In this document: in pieces, positions 58,869 to 64,000 of the stretch | How positions within the stretch are numbered: position 1 is the first letter of the stretch | Layout of the letters: every line of letters starts with the position of its first letter | NCBI GenBank assembly: GCA_965203295.1 | Contig: CBDBCZ010000019.1 | Location: 256,001-320,000, forward strand | Direction of reading: 5' to 3' | Length of the DNA: 64,000 nucleotides | Source: Nitrospirales bacterium | Lineage (GTDB): Bacteria; Nitrospirota; Nitrospiria; Nitrospirales; UBA8639 | Position numbers and translations under genes: made by a program | Notes under the pieces: generated by a model | Database searches by the model: none | Told to the model about the DNA's origin: nothing | What the model saw: only the letters and a program-made list of their open reading frames with translations

Positions 58869-59866
58869 TCACGACTCATGGGTATAGCAGTGTTCCCGAG
58901 CACACGTGTTCAGCCCGGTTGACTCCAGGGCCGAAGATAAGGTACTGTAGGTGTATCTATCTGCTGCTCGGCTTTTCCACTCTTGAAGCATGTTGAAGGC
59001 TCTCATGTGGTCCGCTTTGGCTGTCTCGCTGGCGACTACACTCTTCAGCACTTTGTAATCGACGCCCAATGCGATTCCGACTTCCTCCCACTTCCCGCCA
59101 ATCTCCCAGGCAACGTCCATCAGTAGTTTATCGCTCTTGATCTTTCCCTCTCTGAGCACAACCGCCTGTTTCACTGCTCCTCCGTTTTCCTCACACTCTG
59201 AGTCACTCTCTTGCTTCCTTTTGCCGGTTTTGGTGGCCTCACTTGTGTCAGTAGTCTCCTGTGGATCTTTTAGTTCTTTCCCTGTATCTACAAGTATGAG
59301 AAAGTTTGCCAAAAGCTGTAAACATCATTATTAATTTTGTGATTAGCGACTTACCAAAATTTAATACTTGTGCCTTGTTTTCTGCGGACTTTGGTTGTTT
59401 AATCTCTTGTGATAATTCAGCTTTAGAGTGTGTGTGTGTGTGTGATTAATGTCGGGAGCTCAGGGTAGTTCATGGGCTGCTGTTACCAGTAAGCTATTAA
59501 ATGTTCATACATATTTATGTTGTACTCATACGGTATTGCTGAAGAAGCATGGTATAATAATTGTTGTACGAGCTTCCAATTACTTTTCAGTTGTTTTGCG
59601 AGGTCTTTGGTCACCGCTTGCTCCTCCAATACTGAGCAGAACGTATCGAAGTATTCGGGCTTCGCTTTCACGCCCCTCCTCACTGCGCCAATGACTTTCA
59701 AGTTCTTGTCGTACGTCGACCCGCCCTCGGTCCTCGCCTCCTCCCACGTCCTCTCCTCTATAACTTCCGCAGAGTACAGGGCCGTGGCGAGCGGCACCGG
59801 CTCTAAGACACTGGCCAGTCGGTGCAGAGACTTCTGCAGCACTCTTGCGGCAGCATCGCCTTCCAT
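58869..59866 (-). CDS. Bipartite death-fold adaptor: N-terminal CARD-like domain and C-terminal death domain (RAIDD/CRADD-like architecture). Exons 59866-59584, 59420-59355, 59287-58869
   Basis: VLQKSLHRLASVLEPVPLATALYSAEVIE..YFDTFCSVLEE; death domain LLMDVAWEIGGKWEEVGIALGV..AFNMLQEWK..TYSTLSSALESTG; consistent phase-1 junctions. Confidence 0.75.
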
Positions 59867-59957
59867 TTTGTGGGCGGGGCTGATTTGTTTTTTGTTTTTT
59901 TTACCGCCAAATTGATAAGAGGTCAGAGTTCTTTAATTAATATTGAATGCAGGGTTG

Positions 59958-61825
<1,868 letters not shown>

Positions 61826-62284
61826 CTGTCTAGTATGTTGTTAAGAGTGTCGACTGGTTTTGATCATCCTGCAGAAAGAGTTGTACGTAACGTACGAATA
61901 AAAGTGCTAGGATAAGGAATAGGTACACCAGTATAGTGTTTGACAGAACTTGGAGTACCAATCTATAGATAGAACACAACTGACTACTACCAAAGAGACT
62001 AAGGGTACAAGCTTAACATACAGACAAAGGCCATTGTTCCCAATAGAGGCTTCCTAATCTATTAGGTTCAGGATACTACAACCAGGCAGGCAAGAACATC
62101 GATCTGAGAATTACTACATGTATATAGTAGCAAGAATAGATTCATGTGGCACAACACTATGTGCTGTAAGAAAACATGGTCATTTGCGCATTTCAGAATA
62201 ACAATAATACAAAACAAATCAACAGATTGCCAGTGTCTTGTCATCGTACAAAGGAAGAATTAAAGTGAAAAGGCCGGCCACAGT

Positions 62285-63133
62285 TCAGTAATAAGGCCCG
62301 TCCTCCAAACCATCGTCGTCTTCTCCGCCAAAATCTTCCCCGTTATCGAAATAAGTCATATTGTAGTCGGTTCCTTCTTCTTCGATCTCCTCATCGTAAT
62401 ACTCCTCCTCCCCCACCACATCCTCTTCTTCGTTACCACTTTCCGTCTCCGCCGCCCCGGGGCCCACCCGCTCCGTCTTTTCCAGCTGCTCAAATCGAAC
62501 ACCGAGTTGAGATTTATCGGCAGTTGACGCCTTTCCTGATGTTATCAGAAGCGAGGAAGAAGCAGTTTGCCGCTTGTGCTTACTCTTTGGGAGGTCAGCT
62601 GAAATCGCCTTAGGGAGGTCGTCGGCGATATCTTCGGAACTGGAGTCCAAACTTAAGTGTCTCTTTCTCCCACTCTTGATGTCTGTTTCCGTAGCTTCCT
62701 GATCTCTCCTTGGGCGTTTGCTCTGAACGTTTGGCTCAAAATTAGGAAGTCTTTTCCTCTTCTTTCTCACACCGATCTGCAGCTCCTCGGGAAAGAAGCT
62801 CCAATGCGGAGTCCAGTCGAGGAAATTATCAATTTCACTACGCTTCACTTCTTGGTACTTGTCCGAGTACCTCTGAATGTCCTTCCTGTCAGAACCAGCT
62901 CTAAGGAAGAACGGACTCTGCTTCATAGACTGCCGGAATTCCTGTTTCACGCTGAGCATATATTCGTCGACGTCCGTTCTCCTCAATTCCAGTGGTTTGT
63001 GTTCCAGAGGCGGAAACAACGGCGGAGGTTGTAGGATCGGCGGGGGGACTGGTTCCCCGGGGGCTATCCCCAGTGCTTCTAGGTTTCCAGGGCCCCGCCC
63101 TCTGCCCCTCCCCCTTCCTCTCCCTCGACTCAT
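62285..63133 (-). CDS. POLR3G: RNA polymerase III subunit RPC7 (POLR3G/POLR3GL family), single-exon CDS
   Basis: N-terminal RG repeats, EALGI..PPPLFPPL, DIQRYSDKYQ and the acidic tail EEGTDYNMTYFDNGEDF. Confidence 0.92.
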   Translation of the reverse strand: MSRGRGRGRGRGRGPGNLEALGIAPGEPVPPPILQPPPLFPPLEHKPLELRRTDVDEYMLSVKQEFRQSMKQSPFFLRAGSDRKDIQRYSDKYQEVKRSEIDNFLDWTPHWSFFPEELQIGVRKKRKRLPNFEPNVQSKRPRRDQEATETDIKSGRKRHLSLDSSSEDIADDLPKAISADLPKSKHKRQTASSSLLITSGKASTADKSQLGVRFEQLEKTERVGPGAAETESGNEEEDVVGEEEYYDEEIEEEGTDYNMTYFDNGEDFGGEDDDGLEDGPYY

Positions 63134-63671
63134 TAATAGTTATTACTGAGACCAAACCAGCATCGTCCGAACTTGCCGTTGGAAGGTCTCCCGTTTTTAA
63201 CTTCTTTCACAGACTCCTAAAGAAGCAAAAAATCAGTCATTTGGCTGAAATCTCAGTGAGGCTGGGGCCATGCTATCTGGTACTAAGCCCCAACTAGGCT
63301 AGAACCTGAGGTTGTTTACTTTGAGCGCCTGGGTACGAGGCTAGCTATTGTCACAATTTTATAGTCAGGCCCCACCTAGCCAGTAGGCTACTGGTACGTG
63401 GGGCCTGATGCATACAATTTGCGGGTATGGTAGGTGTTTTGCTGGTTTGGTCTTAGCTAGAGAAACACAAAAACGCCCCTCCACTCACGAGAAGAATTTT
63501 ATATCTGACGGTCTTCGGGTTCTTCCACCCCGTCAAGCAAATCTCAGTGTCTGACACCACACTATGTGGGCACGGTTCCAGTCCGGGGGAATGGGCGTGG
63601 TCGCAATAATGTGAGTTCGTTCAGGAGTGTAAGAATACTTGAAACTATTGTCAGTGGTATCCTGCACAAAG

Positions 63672-64000
63672 ATGAATGATTTTCCCCCTGAAAAAACCCA
63701 CGAGCAATCAGCACAACACCAGAGAAGGAGCAGAAAAGACTCTGAACCTCATTCTCACTCTGGATCCTGGCAGCTGCACAGAGGTCGAAAGAGAGCCCGA
63801 TCACACAGCTCATCTGCCTCAAGGTCCAGTAGCAGTAACAGGTCCAGATCCAGCAGCAATGGCTCCAGAGACAGAGGGAGAAGGAAGAGAAGAGCTTCCA
63901 AACGTGGCAGGTCTAAGGAAAAAGCAAAAGATAGGAAGAGAAAGCGGAAGCCTAGCTCCGATTCCTCTGATAGTAGTCCCAGTTCTAGTTCTGGAGATGT
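63672..64000 (+). CDS. Partial Arg/Ser/Lys-rich ORF running off the window end
   Basis: Open from ATG 63672: MNDFPPEK...RSSSSNRSRSSS...KRKRKPSSDSSDSS; divergent from POLR3G. Confidence 0.5.
   Translation, partial: MNDFPPEKTHEQSAQHQRRSRKDSEPHSHSGSWQLHRGRKRARSHSSSASRSSSSNRSRSSSNGSRDRGRRKRRASKRGRSKEKAKDRKRKRKPSSDSSDSSPSSSSGD

Overview
Gene-dense, intron-rich eukaryotic (animal) genomic DNA. A demosponge origin is inferred from the divergent death-fold gene style and gene repertoire, but cannot be proven here. Exon models were built by hand from splice sites and codon phase. Protein-coding loci, in order: (1) a 14-exon secreted, bacterial-type right-handed beta-helix protein (364-8145, +); (2,3) an inverted head-to-head pair of death-domain genes, the minus copy frameshifted (8388-12586) and the plus copy spliced in phase onto coiled-coil, PDZ and Tyr-rich exons (13686-23595); (4) TCP1/CCT-alpha (-); (5) a probable single-pass receptor/adaptor whose ~990-aa final exon carries ~24 YxxV/I/L motifs (30464-41842, +); (6) intronless TMEM94 (-); (7) CCHCR1 (+); (8) a CARD-like plus death-domain adaptor (-); (9) a Pinocchio-like protein (-); (10) POLR3G/RPC7 (-); (11) a partial RS-rich ORF. 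Non-coding highlights: an intact tRNA-Ile with the eukaryote-atypical GAU anticodon, whose 5' end seeds a ~33-copy satellite; two minimal Penelope-type hammerhead ribozyme motifs; a dispersed tRNA-Thr-like element that carries its upstream TATA flank; several MITE families, including a TAG...CTA family with 9-bp TSDs that runs down to a 19-bp member; and repeated tandem amplification of exon-end plus splice-donor units, two of them in frame.
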